This document shows, in pieces, positions 24,301 to 37,882 of a DNA stretch of 64,000 nt. Each line of letters starts with the position of its first letter. Positions within the stretch are counted from its first letter, which is position 1. The stretch covers positions 172,735,815 through 172,799,814 of the forward strand of contig NC_068982.1 of assembly GCF_001194135.2 (NCBI RefSeq), given 5' to 3'. A program made the position numbers and the translations under genes. This DNA is from Octopus bimaculoides. Taxonomy: Eukaryota. A model generated the notes under the pieces. It ran no database searches. It worked only from the letters and a program-made list of their open reading frames with translations, and had not been told where the DNA came from.

Positions 24301-24554
24301 ATAGATAGATATACATGCATGTGTATGTAATCTGCCTAGCTATGTAATAATAATAATAATGATAATAATAATAATAATGTGATGCACCTCCGTCTCCATC
24401 TGTTTCCTCCAGTCTGAATCATTTCAATGAAAATGCATAATTGACAACTCAGTCGCTGTTTCACGCACTCGCACTTACTACCGCTTTCTCTTCAACATGT
24501 TTGTCCATAGCTGCCGCTGTGACTAACACGAATTAATAAACATCTCTCTCTCTT

Positions 24555-24586
<32 letters not shown>

Positions 24587-25256
24587 ACACACACACGTGT
24601 AGTATAGTGACTAGGGATTAACGCCTCCTAAACACCAGTACTAACAATGTTCAAGTTCTTTCTTTTCTTCTTTATTTCTCGCTTGCAAAACTTTGAAACT
24701 ACTGGATTTTTTTTCTCTCTCTCTCTCCTCCCCTCCTTCTCTTTCTGTCTCTAACACCCCGACATCGTAAATGTGTGAAGATCTCTCCTGTCACGGGTGA
24801 CCTACCCACCAGATTATCCCCTCTGCCTGCTCCAACCCTACCTTTTGATGTCAAATGTATAATTACCACTCACATACACACTTAAATTTCCTTTCTCGCT
24901 CGCCATCCACCCATCCGTCACATTAACAGCTGCAGACACACGCACACATATATACACACACTTGCAAATAGAAATCACATTTTTGATTTTTCATCAATAT
25001 ATTTTCTAGCCTGTCATTCTCATTATTTCTCTCTCTCACCCACGACCCTACACACAGACACGGCACACATTCGTACAATTTCTCCCCCCCCCCCAACACT
25101 CTCTCTTTCTCTGTTCGAGCTCTTACATAATGTTGGTTGTGTACTGGTCATGCTTCCATATCGCGATTGCGTGCCTGTATGTTTTGTGACGAGTGTTCGA
25201 CTGTGACTGTAACTGGGAATCGAGACTGTAGACTCAGTTTGCTATGCTCTTCATCT

Positions 25257-25298
<42 letters not shown>

Positions 25299-25715
25299 CA
25301 CGCATACAGACCGACTGAATAGATAGAATGAGAGAAGGATCGTGGGGAAAAAAAAGAGATTCCTTTTGCCATCGCCTTCCCCTGTTTCTCCCATTACAAA
25401 TGACCACATACATTTCGAAATCCAAGTCTCTCTCTCACACACACACACACACACATTCATCTTTCAATCTCGCTCACTTTTTCTGTTTAAAACACACATT
25501 TTCCCTTTGTCGCTTCCACAAAATCCCCGTCACGCAATCTCTCACATCCTCTTTGTATTCTGTGCGCCCTTATATTACCCTCACATGCACATCCATCCCA
25601 CTCGGTCGCGTACACGTTAGTACTCTACTACTGCCGTTGTATTACATCATTATTCACTGCTGCTGCTGCTGCTGCAGTAGTTGTGGAAGTTGTTCCTGCA
25701 ATAAACAAAACCATT

Positions 25716-25750
25716 TATAAACTAGCCAATACCACTATTGTCAGTCAGTT
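25716..25750 (+). promoter_or_regulatory. Candidate Pol II core promoter (TATA + Initiator)
   Basis: TATAAA at 25716-25721 and TCAGTT (TCAKTY-type Inr) at 25745-25750, placing the TATA at -31 from A25747. Confidence 0.45.
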
Positions 25751-25777
25751 ATCGTAACTGGTCTTGTGTAGTGTATT
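25747..25777 (+). other. Candidate 31-nt non-coding first exon
   Basis: Runs from the Inr adenine to a perfect GTAAGT donor at 25778-25783. Confidence 0.35.
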
Positions 25778-25983
25778 GTAAGTAAAGCGCCCTGTGGAAC
25801 AACGTTGTTATAATAGTATAGTGTTGAATATTATCGACGAGGGAGAGTGTTCCCTTCTAATAAAATCAAGATATAAATCGCCGATTAAACATGTCTTACA
25901 GTATTTAGTTTCGTTTTTACAAAGTCGGTGCTAAAATTGTGCTGGGATTGACTTGTATTCACGCTGACGTTGCTTCTATATAT

Positions 25984-26074
25984 AGGCGCAGGCGTGACTG
26001 TGGTTAGAAGTTAGCTTCCCAATCACATGGATGGTTCCGGGTTCAAGCTCGTTGCGTGGTCCTTTGGGCAAGCG
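25984..26074 (+). mobile_element. Family B SINE head fragment
   Basis: aggcgcaggcgtgactgtggttagaagttagcttcccaatcacatgg..ggttccgggttcaag...tttgggcaag. Confidence 0.8.
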
Positions 26075-26311
26075 CTAGAGAGTGATGGTGAATTTCTTCC
26101 ACTACTGGGTTTCATTTCCTAGTCCCTCATCTCTTATTGAGACGGCTTATACTTCTCGCAGGCAATGTGAGGCCGTATATTCGGCAGTCCAGGCTAGCCT
26201 TAATCGAGGACATTTATGATCAAAGACGTTCCAGTTTTGACGTATCCGTCTTTCCAGTTAAAAACGTCGCCAGAAATTTATTTGGTCTATTCTTTTTTTT
26301 TTTTTTTTCAG

Positions 26312-26425
26312 AAATAGTAGCTTTTGATTTTAGAGAGATTCTGGTGTTGTTTCTAAACAGGAACGCTCTTATTGGAAGCTCCCTTGTTGACTCGTGAATC
26401 GAAGTATGAAGTGCTTGTTGCATAG
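26312..26425 (+). other. Candidate second exon (alternative acceptor at 26360/26361)
   Basis: Long T-tract plus CAG acceptor ending at 26311; donor tag|GTAATT at 26426; contains agtATGAAGTGCTTGTTGCATAG (ATG 26406, MKCLLH-). Confidence 0.3.
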
Positions 26426-26939
26426 GTAATTCGATGTGGGGTACTGTGAATTCAGTGTTACAAGTAATGCGTTGCTTGTAGACCTAGCATCGTGTGTATG
26501 TGTTGAAGACGGCAGTTGTTGCTTAGGTGACGAATGTAATATCGTGGCGGGATACATACTTGTGCTACGTGGTGAGTGTCATGTGTGTTCTAAAGTCAGT
26601 GCTGTACCTTGTTCATGTAACAAAAATTTGTAGTAGTAGTTGTTTATTCCATCCATGTGCGCCTGTAATTTTTGACTCCAGTAAGAAGTCTGCAAATCTG
26701 GTTTTGATGTAATGTATTCTTTTCTTCTTTTTTTTTATCTTAGTCATCAGTCATGCTCTGGCGATCGACATTAATCGACTCTACATCTGCCCTCACCCAA
26801 ACAACTTATGGTCTGGTGCCAATGTTAGAAACGATTATTTTTACTTTAATCTTTGTATTGCCCTAAATGGTTTTTGTGGCCCTTGTAGCCAATAAGGAAA
26901 GGGATATTATTTTCTTATTATTATTGTTAGTCGTAGTAG

Positions 26940-27070
26940 TAGTAGACTGACAGAATCGCTAGCGCGTCGGACCAAAATACCTTGCTGTATTTGTTTCTGC
27001 TCTTTACATTCTGGATTCCAATTCTGGCAAGCTCAAATACTGGGGTCAGTATTGTCGATTAAATCCTCTT
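26940..27070 (+). mobile_element. Degenerate family A SINE
   Basis: gactgacagaatcgctagcgcgtcggaccaaaatacc...ttctggattccaattctg...tactggggtc. Confidence 0.6.
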
Positions 27071-28979
27071 CCCTTAAAATTGATGATCAGAAGTCCTTAT
27101 TATTCAAATCGTCATTATTTAAGTGCAATAAACTGATATCAGTAATACACTGAGGTCAGTATGAAATCGACTTACTCCTCCCACTCCATTTTTTTTTTTT
27201 TTTTACTAAATTTGTGACCCTGTGTTGTGCCAAAGTTCGAAATGATTATATGCCAATGACGGTATTTTAGCTTTAGAAGAGTCTATTGACATTTCTGAGT
27301 TGAAGTCCGGGCAGAAATGATTGGTTGCTTCAGAGAAATTTATATGCAAATCTGTAGCTTGTTTTCGCTGTGAGAAATCGTTATCGTTATCATCCGTCCA
27401 TGTGATCTACGAAGAAAATATTGCATGTGAAAGGTGTGGGCCGTTGAGTAGGCTAGTAATGTACACAGCTTCATCGGTGTTGTGAATAGAAGAGACATGA
27501 CAAGACATGGCTTTTGATCAACTCTTCACCCCAACCATTCTTCCATATAGTTCTGCAGTTTCGCTTCTTAGTGATCTATCTGGCTGTCTGTCTAGCTACC
27601 ATCAGTTATCTGTCTCCATCTCTGTCTGTACGGATTAGGGTTCTATGTTATCAATTGAACATCCCTCCTCTATTCTGTTTATGTATGGGGCCTCAACACC
27701 CACATAGTGAGCCCCCTTTATCTAGTTTTAAGGCTCATATGTCTCCTTCCCGTATTAAACAAACTTTCTCACTCTCTCTATCCCTTTCCTTAACTGGTCC
27801 CCCACCTCGCATCAGCCTGATCACCTTGCGTTCTTGCTACTTCCCAGTCCCCCCCCCGCCTCTCTCTCTCTCATTGTATTTCTTGCTATACTGGTCTCTT
27901 CATTAACTCATCTGGTGACTTGTTCTTTTGACTCTCAGGTTAAATGGTCCCTTGTGGGATGCTGTTTGTTGAGGCAAATAGGAGGTGGAGTACTGTTTCT
28001 TATATACTCTTTGATCGCCCTCGCCTCTTTATTTCATATTTCTCTCATATATTCTCTGGCTCTGTAGCAGAAAAAAGGGGTTTAACTCTGTAGACCCCTG
28101 TCTTTCACTTTATTTCTCCCTCCCTGTATTTGACTCTTTGTCTCTCTCATTGTTGATGACTCTTAGTCTTCCTCTCTCAATTCAGTATTCTCTATTAGCT
28201 TCTTAACCAACCCTTTTTCCACTTTTTCTTACAATATAGTTTCTTATTTCGTTTTTGCATTGCAAGATTCTTGATATGAATGTTGAAGCAAATCTTGTCT
28301 TGGGAAGGTCCTTATGCCAACACTCGCACTGGTTCAATATCACTTTACTGCTAAACAACATTACACAAAGGATCAATTAGTTGGCTAGTCATTTAACCAC
28401 TTGCCTCATAATAAAGAGGTGATATTCAACCAGTGCATGTTTATTATCGGTTTGGTGACTCTCCCAAGACACAAGGTAGCTTCTTTTGCATGTTCACATA
28501 TTCTTCCCTGTCTATTTTACTTACTTACCTTCACTGATGACGTCTTATTTTTCGCAGATTTTGTTTTTTGTTTTTTGTTTTGTTTTGTTTAAATAATATA
28601 GTTCTAAGTCTTGACTGAAAAGATAGATTTTTAAAAAATGGCTGTCAAAATAGCAGTGTAGGTAATTCTACAATTTGTAGGAGAATATTAAAGAAGATGT
28701 TGCAGTTATTTAAGGTCTTACAGCAACCCTGATGAGCCAAACTTATGAATAACCATGCCCTACCCAGCAAAGACCATCTCATCCAGTATCTAGAAATAAG
28801 GTGTGATTTGTGGTAATTTTTGGTAAATTTTTAGCTTCTTGGGCAACCATCTAGAATTTCTCTTTTTGAGTTTTTGTTGTTCAGAGCAATCCAAAGATTG
28901 ACCCAGGTCATGAGTAACTTAATAGTATCACCTGATCTAACAAATCAATCATATCAATTCTTCCTTCCTTATACACTAA

Positions 28980-29170
28980 CCTACAAATGTACATTTGAAA
29001 CTTTTGTTGGATGGTGAAAGGTAAGGGGCTCCAGAGGGTCACATTTCTGGTGGAAAAAGCATGGAAGAAATATATGGTGAATGAAAAAAAAAAATTCAAG
29101 GGACGATGTGGTGGATTTAGATCCCTGTTGACAGCATGGAGGAAATCAGCAGTTATGGTGGTTAATTCTT
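28980..29170 (-). pseudogene. Possible old CR1/Jockey-type LINE 3' end
   Basis: HAFSTRNVTLWSPLP resembles the terminal F..R.V.LWN.LP motif. Confidence 0.3.
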
Positions 29171-30640
29171 TCTTACCTGACTGAATATTTAACGAACAAG
29201 AAACTGAGAATCTACTCCCCAATATACTAACATCAAACTTAACTTACTTTTAGCCGGTCCTAACTATGGTTGTTTTTTACTCTCAGATCAGTTCTAGCTG
29301 AACCAGTGCTGGATTAACCATTAAGCAAAAAAAAACAAAAAAAAAACACTCAGAGAAAGAGAGAGAGGCTTATTTCAGTTTCCTTCTATCAAATTCCTAT
29401 CCTAAGGTACTGGTTGAGCCAGGGCCATAATAAAAGACACTTGCCTGAGGTGCCACACCATGGGGCCGAACCCCAAATTGTTGCATAAGATCCATTGGCT
29501 TTGAGTGAGCAAACACATATCATTGTAGGCAATTGGCTGAATGACTTGGTACAACCCATAGATCTTTTTTATTACAGATATGCTATGTGTCCTACCTAAA
29601 TGAGGGCCATACTGAGAGAACCATAACATTGCAGCAGAGATTGATTGGGTATGTATCTGTCTGGATGTGGGTGACTGCAGCATAAGTTCATTAAGTGGGC
29701 TCAAGTTGTGACCAGTTATTCTTACTAGGATCTGTTTGCTGTGCTGGAGTAGATCAAACTTCTTCATAGCTGAGAGAAAAAGCTGTTTCTCTTTTTCTTT
29801 CTGTCTGATCACTTGATGTCATGATGGTTCTTTTGTTGTTATTGTGCTCTTGGCAGAAGATAAAAAAAAGGAAGGGTGGGGTGGCTACTGATTGTGATTA
29901 TTGGGTTTCGTAACAATAGATCATTGAGGTTGTTGTTTAGCCCCAGGTCAGCCCAGATTGAGCAGGCCTATAAGAATGCAATGGTGCAGGTGGTGGCAGT
30001 GGATATATGTAGGCTTATTTGTGTTGCTGATATTGATGTAATTGCTCTGGTGATAATAGTAGTGGTAGTAGAAGGGAAGATTGTGCTGGTGGTATGGATG
30101 TTGTGATGATGGTAGTGGTGGTAATAGTAATAGTAGTAGGGGGTGGTGTATGTAGTGTCATTGATATAGATACATTTCATTGTTTAGCTATTCATGATGA
30201 TGATGATGATGATGTAGATTGTTTATATTATTGTTGCTCTTTGTGTGTGTGTGTGTGTCCAGGTAGTGGTGGTAGTGAACGTCATTGTTGGTGGATGTAT
30301 TATTTGTTATTAGCAGCTGTTGTGGTCATAACTGCAACAACAAAGGCAAGCATTGTTATAGTCGATGATGATGATGTATTAGTTGTTGTTGTTGTATTAT
30401 GTGTGATGGTAGAAGTGGAAGGAGGGTGTCGGTATTGATTTTCTTTCTTTTTTTTGTTTGTTTGTTTTTGTTTTGCCTTGCTAACTATGGTGGCCCGAAG
30501 TTGGCTGCATGAACTGAGAGAAGCCTCTTGCCTCTGGTTTATGTCAAAGTAAGCTGGGGTTTGTGTGTGAGGTGCCCCAAATCACCTTCTATGGTTGCCC
30601 TCCCTCCACTCCTTTGGAAGACCTTTTGTTATTTTGTTCA

Positions 30641-30671
<31 letters not shown>

Positions 30672-31014
30672 NNNNNNNNNNNNNNNNNNNNNNNNNNNNN
30701 NNNNNNNNNNNNNNNNNNNNNNNNNNNNNNNNNNNNNNNNNNNNNNNNNNNNNNNNNNNNNNNNNNNNNNNNNNNNNNNNNNNNNNNNNNNNNNNNNNNN
30801 NNNNNNNNNNNNNNNNNNNNNNNNNNNNNNNNNNNNNNNNNNNNNNNNNNNNNNNNNNNNNNNNNNNNNATATATTATGTCATTGTTATTGTCAGTCTTA
30901 CCCTTTTGCACCACATAAATCTCTTGTCCCCATCTTTGATTTATTAATTTTTTTTTAGTTATTTCATCTCTTTATTGTCCCCCAAAGTTTTGGCTCTTGT
31001 GGCCATTAAAATCA

Positions 31015-31056
<42 letters not shown>

Positions 31057-32019
31057 GGTTGTAGTAGTTGTGATATCTATTTGTCACTCTGTTTATCATT
31101 TTCTCTCATGCTCTTTCATGTCCTGTCCCACCCTGGCAGAAATTCCATGTCAACTTGACATAGTGTTGTGTAGGTACATAAATACTCGTGTATATATAAT
31201 ATCGTTATCATTTAATATCCACTTTTCCATGTTTTTTGTGGGTCAGATAGAATTTTTGCCCTTCCTGTTAAAAAACTCTTACCTGTTTCCACGCAAGGAA
31301 AATACACTATTGAGATAGATGTTGGTCTGTCTGAAACGATTGTAGAAAATACTTACCCGAGGTACCATGCATTAGAATTGAACCTAGATCCACAGGGTTA
31401 GAAAGCAGATTTCTTAACAGTACAAACTATGCCTGTCTCTTTCTATATAATTATTTCAGGCATGTTTGTGTATTGACAAATAGAAAATATATGTTCACTG
31501 GTCTGTGCATGTACTTTTATGTGATGTGTGTGCATTTATCATTCATTCATTCATTTGTTCATAAATATGCACACACACACTCACACACACATATATACAC
31601 ACACATGCATACACATTATTGTCCAAATTTTACAAGTGATCTTATTTCGCATTGTCTGCAATGCTACCCCTACCAGCTTCTATTTACCTCTTTGTTTCCC
31701 ACTCCTTTTCCTGTCCCCCCCCACCACAATTTACCCACCACTACCCAATGTCATTTGACCTTTAGCTGTTTGTTATTACTTCTTGTTATCATGAGGAGAA
31801 GGACCTTTACCCCCCAATGTTCCTGTCCCCGTTTTTTTCCCTGCTATCATGTCTTCTCCATACATCCTCGATCTCTTTCATTTCTTCCTTATCTCTCTCT
31901 CTCTCTCTCCTCCTACCATCATCACTATACTACTGCTTTTTTCCTAACATGGGTGCAAGGCCACGGGAGAGAGAGGGAGAGAGGTTCCAGCCCATTAAAG
32001 ATTGAATCAATAACTCTAC

Positions 32020-32880
32020 TTTTATTTTATCCATCGAAGAAGGATGAAAAGCAAAGCTGACCTTGTGGGGGGACTTGAATTCAGATATTAAAAAGGGCAT
32101 AACTAAATATCACAAGGCATTATGCCAACACAATTATGATAATTATTATTCTTATTATTAATCATTGGCCTCAAGGAGTACAAAAACATGTTGGACAACG
32201 CAAAGGACAAAGGACAGTGGGGATTACATAGAAACATAACTAATAAAACAATTACAATTTGCATAATAAAGGTTCCTAATTTAGGCATATATGGCCAACA
32301 ATTTTGATTGGGGGGATTAAAGCAATACAATGAACTTTTTCCTTGATTGATTGATACTTTAATGTATCAACCCTGAAAGGATGAAAGGCAAGGGTATGTT
32401 TTGAACCCAGACTATAAAAAAGCCAGAATAAATGCTACAAAAACCGTTTTTCAAACACTCCAACATTTTCACCAAGCTGGTGCCCTGATGTTGATGATGA
32501 TAATGACAGCAGTAATAATTGTTTTTCATTTAGGCATAAAACTAGCAATGTTTTAGGGGAAAGAGTTAGTCTCGTCCCCAGTACTCGATTAGTGCTTTAT
32601 TCTGTTGGTCTAAGAAAGATGAAAGATTAAGGCAGCCTTCACAAGATTCAAACTCAAGACATGAGCTGGAAAAACTGCCGCAAGTCATTTCATCAAACAT
32701 TCTAAGGAATCTACAAATTTTCTCTCTCTCTCTCTCTCTCATAGGCACGAGTCTAGAAATATAAGTAAATTGGCCCCAGTACTTTGACTGTTCTCTTTAT
32801 ATAGGCAAAGTTGATCATGTTGGGATTTGAACTCAGAATATAAGAGGCTGTAGTAAAAATAACATGAGCCATTTGATTGA
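32020..32880 (-). mobile_element. Cluster of about four degenerate family A SINE copies
   Basis: Repeated gatgaaa.gcaa, ttgaactcag, gtccccagtact motifs, all in the same orientation. Confidence 0.7.
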
Positions 32881-34017
32881 TATTTAATTAATAATAATTA
32901 GAAGGATGATGATGATTAGTAGTGCTGCTTCTATGTTCTCTCTCCCCAAATTTGGTATTTCCTTCCATTCTGACAACAGAGTCTTCCTGAAATATTAAAC
33001 TTTTCTCTTCCTGAATGGCATAAAATTTATTCCACATTTTGAACTGGATTGACAGAATTGGTTGAACATACGAGAAGTATGCCTTGCAAGTTTTCAGTTA
33101 TGACTGAATTCTTTACTTTCTTGGTTCAACTCCTGCCAGTATTGACTTTTTGGCTTGCATAAAACGTCCAAGTCCAGTATTGGAGCTAATTTAATCAAAA
33201 ATGCATACCCTACTCTGAGATTTCTGAGGCCTTATGCCTCGGGTAGAAATTAATTTCCTACACTGAAGTTTCTGTCACCATCAGTCATTCCAGCATGGAT
33301 GGTGGAGGAGCATCTACAGGAATACTAACAAATTCTTCTCCTATTGGAAATGTATTCAATCCTGGATGCACTTGTCTGAAGAAAAGAATGAATAGTCATG
33401 GCTAGGTTTCTTTTCAAGATCTTAATTCTGCTCAAATCAAAGCACTGCTTTAGAGGAAATATAATAACAACAACACTAGCCACTCCAGTTGACTGTAAAT
33501 AGTACCACTACTTATATCCTGTAGCAGTAAACTACTACCACCACCACCACATCCACCACCAGTGTATGTACACCAATGGCAATATGTACTAGAGTCAACA
33601 CCAATACACTTTTGGATGTTTGGTATTAATAAACAAAGGTTGCTTACAATGCATAAAGGGAAAAAATGATTTAAAATGATAAATGAAAAAAAAAAAAGAA
33701 AAGATTTATACACACCAGCTGCTTCAGTCACTACCAACCACTGCCATCACCACCACCACCATTATATTTTCAGTTACCTCCCACAGTGCAGTGCAGAATC
33801 AGCATTAATATCCTACCACTTCCACCAGTACCACTAGCTCCACAACCTTCACCACCACCACCACCACCACCACCACCACCACACATTGCACTTTAAAAAA
33901 CTTCACTGTGTTGATGGTGGTGGTCAGTTTGGTTTGATGTGGGTTGTTTGTGGTTATGGTTTGATTGGTTTTTCACTATAATTTAGCCACACACTTCCCC
34001 CTACTTATTACTTGTAC

Positions 34018-34054
<37 letters not shown>

Positions 34055-34221
34055 GACACTGACTCATCACTTTTTTGTTGCATTTCATTCAATTTAGCCC
34101 CTACCCACATTCACTATTTGTTTCTTCCTGTCTCTCTATTTCTCTATTCTTGATCTCTAGTTCTCTCTTTGTGTCTCTGTCTATCTCTTTCCCTCATACA
34201 TACATAGATATATATATATAT

Positions 34222-34262
<41 letters not shown>

Positions 34263-34752
34263 CACATATCCTTTCTTGTCCTTCCCATGCTTCATTTTTT
34301 TTCTATTTCCCTCTACCACCTCTCATCTCTTGTTACTTAGCTAAAAATGATAATTGCATATCCACATTGATGATGATGATGATGATGATGATGACGGTGT
34401 TGTTGATTCATAAAAAATTCATTCATTTTTATTATAAGCTCAGCCATAAACAGAATCTCATAATGAATGCTTTACCTACCACCGACAATCATGAAAGGTA
34501 TTGGGAGTAAGAGTTCTCCACTCCTGTGTGTGTGTGTAAATATATGACCATTATGTGTATTCCTTTCTCGCTACTGATGAGTGCAGTTGCTAGACAAGGT
34601 TAGCCGTATGAAACCTTTAAATATAGATTTCTAACCCCAGCGACCGTGCATGCACGCACACACACACACGTACACATGTACACATCCAGTGTAGCCCATA
34701 TCAAATTATAAGCTTATCTCCATATATATATATATATGTGTGTGTGTATATG

Positions 34753-34799
<47 letters not shown>

Positions 34800-34827
34800 A
34801 TGTATGTATGTATATATNNNNNNNNNN

Positions 34828-34985
34828 GTCCACTTTCCATGCTGGCATGAGTTGGACAGTTTGACTGAAAACTGGTAAGTCGGAGGGCTGCACCAAGTTC
34901 CAATCTAATTTGGCAGAGTTTCTACAGCTGGATGCCCTTCCTAATGCCAGCCACTCTGAGAGTGTAGTGGGTGCTTTTTACGTGG
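34828..34985 (-). mobile_element. RTE-type 3' tail fragment (LINE end or partner SINE)
   Basis: Reverse complement of the 45870-46020 tail: ttccatgctggcatgagttggacagtttgactg...tttctacagctggatgcccttcctaatgcc. Confidence 0.85.
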
Positions 34986-35905
34986 GGGGTTAAATGATGG
35001 TGATGATGTGTGACACCATGAGGAAATATTGCCTCGTTTGAAAATAGACATGGGTTAGCAATAGAAATGGAATTTGGCTGTAGAAAATCTGCCTTAAATT
35101 CTGACTCATGCAAAACAGGAAAAAGTGTATGTTAAATGACAATGATCTCTAACATCTCTACCAATTTATGTGGCACCAATGTTTTTGAATTAAATTCTGT
35201 AAATATTTGTAAGCAGTGTATTCTTCTTCATGAATGTTATAGATGTCATTGCTTCTCTGAATTATCTCCATTGCCCTTTGACAGTTGCATAATTCTACCT
35301 CTAGCTGTGCATACAAATCTACGCCCACACAGGCACACACATTTCAGTACACAAATACTGATGTGTGTCCTGAAACACATGCATCTACGCAGACATACAA
35401 TTATGTGTCTATATACACATGCACAGCTGTGCAGACAAACAGCTGATAGGTATATGCTCACACACAAGTACACATCTACTCCTTTCTCTCTCTCCCCTCC
35501 CACTCGCTCATGTGGATGCACCAGTTCGTGTGTACTTGTACTGCCCCACAGGCACAAACATACTCATAAACCCAACACATAAATTTCTCTCTCAGGAAAA
35601 CTTTAGATAGGTCAACTTAATCTGTGGCCTGGTTGAACATACGAGCTTCTTGAATTGTCATGAGTATTTGGGCAAGATGTTCGGTCTGAAGATAACTTCT
35701 TTCTTTCCTCTCTGTCTTGAAGACTCCGTAGAATCATAGGTTCTGCACTTCTTCCTCTNNNNNNNNNNGGGAGACATGTACTCACAAACACAAATACTAT
35801 ATTTTGTCTGTTCTATCCTTCTTATACAGTTTACTCCCACACACTCTTGTGCATGCAAATTCTTTCTCTCTCATACAGCAACACTTTCAGTTATATTTAC
35901 ATACC

Positions 35906-36325
35906 AGGTGCAGGCGTGGCTGTTTGGTTTAAGAAGTTAGCTTTCCAACTACATCTTTTCATGCTCCGTCCCACTGCATGGCACCTTCAGCGAGTGTCTT
36001 CTACTACAGCTGACCAAGTCTTTGTGAATGGATTTGGTAGATGAAAACTGAAAGAAGCCTGTTGTATACATGTGTGCTTGTGTGTGGTGTTGTCTCTTTG
36101 TCTTAAATCGTGTGATAGCTGTGAGCAAGTGTTAGCATCATACAAGCAGAATTCATTGTTTCCAATCTTCCGAGACTTATCTGATCACAGGTAAATATTA
36201 ACATAGTTGGAAATGAGTGAAGGTAGGCAACAAGAAGAGCAGAGCATATGAACATAGAAAACCTTGACAAATTCTATCTGATACATGTGAGCATGGAATA
36301 ATGGATTCTAAATGATGAGGATGAC
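35906..36325 (+). mobile_element. Near full-length degenerate family B SINE with RTE-like tail
   Basis: aggtgcaggcgtggctgtttgg...ggcacctt...gtgtcttctactacagc...tggatttggtagatgaaaactgaaagaagcc, ending gagcatggaa...aaatgatgaggatga. Confidence 0.8.
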
Positions 36326-36747
36326 ACTATGTTCTTCCTACATTTCAAATACACCCCAAGTTCTTCAGAACAGTTATCTGTCACTACCATCACCTCCACC
36401 TCCACCCCTGCTACCTACCCATCAAATCTGTGTTAGTCCATTCACAATCTCATCCATTGGTCACAGACGATCAGACTTTTTCTTTTGGTCATTATATCAG
36501 TATTAAAAACCTTTTCCAGTTGTTAGTTATAAATTTCCTTTTTTCAAATGACATCACTAACATCAAAATTATCAGCTTCTCATTGTGCTAATTAGCTGCC
36601 CAATTACTGCTAATTTGCAATTTGCAGCACATTTCCCAAACTGTCAATTTCAAACAGGATCTTGGCTGAAGAGACTGTTTGTTTTGCTTTTTCCACAATG
36701 AATATTATCATTTCACTTCTACTTTTTAAGCTGCCATGACATGGTTG

Positions 36748-36782
<35 letters not shown>

Positions 36783-36803
36783 ATATGTATGTATGTATGT
36801 ATG

Positions 36804-36837
<34 letters not shown>

Positions 36838-37053
36838 TGTATATATGTATGTATGTATGTATGTATANNNNNNNNNNNNNNNNNNNNNNNNNNNNNNNNN
36901 NNNNNNNNNNNNNNNNNNNNNNNNNNNNNNNNNNNNNNNNNNNNNNNNNNNNNNNNNNNNNNNNNNNNNNNNNNNNNNNNNNNNNNNNNNNNNNNNNNNN
37001 NNNNNNNNNNNNNNNNNNNNNNNNNNNNNNNNNNNNNNNNNNNNNNNNNNNNN

Positions 37054-37086
<33 letters not shown>

Positions 37087-37649
37087 ATATGTATGTATGT
37101 ATATATGTATGTATATATGTATATATATATGTATATATATATGTATATATAATACATACGCACACACACACACACACACACAGTAAATAGATAAATCTAT
37201 ATATATATATATATATATATATATAATGTGTCAATGTCTTAGGAACAGGGAGTACAGGGGATGCCTGTATTTTTGTGTGGCAGTGAAAGCACTTTGAACA
37301 TCCTCCTGTAAAACTTCATTGCCAAAATGAGTGAACATAGAAGCATTTTGGGACTGATTCGAGTCTTTACTTTTCCATCATTGCAGTTATCCAATTTCAT
37401 TTATGTACAAATATTATTATTATTATTGTTATTATACCTGTGTTTGTTTCGATATTAGAATTGAAAAAAATCGACCACGTTTGTGAAAAAGTTTTCAATT
37501 TGGATTTGCACTCGTAAGCAAATTTTGTTGCTGCACTTCTGTGCATGTGTGTGTAGATATATCATGGACCCTCCTGTCATTAGATGATGTATGAGGGTTC
37601 TGCAAATTCTTGCTGAACAACAACACAGATGATTTGTTTATAGTGATCA

Positions 37650-37882
37650 AATGTTTGTGTTTATGTAAGTTCACTCCCTCCATCAAATCGACATTACCTG
37701 TACAGGTGCATGATGTACCACGGTACATGACATACCACATGTCAGATGACAAAATGTTTGCAGAGCAACATGAAATGAAGTACTTTGCTGAAGAACATAA
37801 CACAACACTCTGTTTGGGAATCGAAACTATGATCTCACAATTGTGAGCGCAACAGCCTCACCGCTAAGCCATGCGCCTTCAC
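37650..37882 (-). mobile_element. tRNA-derived SINE, family D
   Basis: Minus-strand head GTGAAGGCGCATGGCTTAGCGGTGAGG...GTTTCGATTCCC; related to 54098-54620 and 54880-55075. Confidence 0.75.

Noticed and set aside
34266-34274. ATATCCTTT U12-type 5' splice site (also on the minus strand at 53224-53232)
   Set aside because: No plausible adjoining exon, and one or two hits are expected by chance in AT-rich DNA of this length.
34574-34625. CTGATGA...GAAAC hammerhead candidate
   Set aside because: Stem III and the cleavage triplet cannot form.
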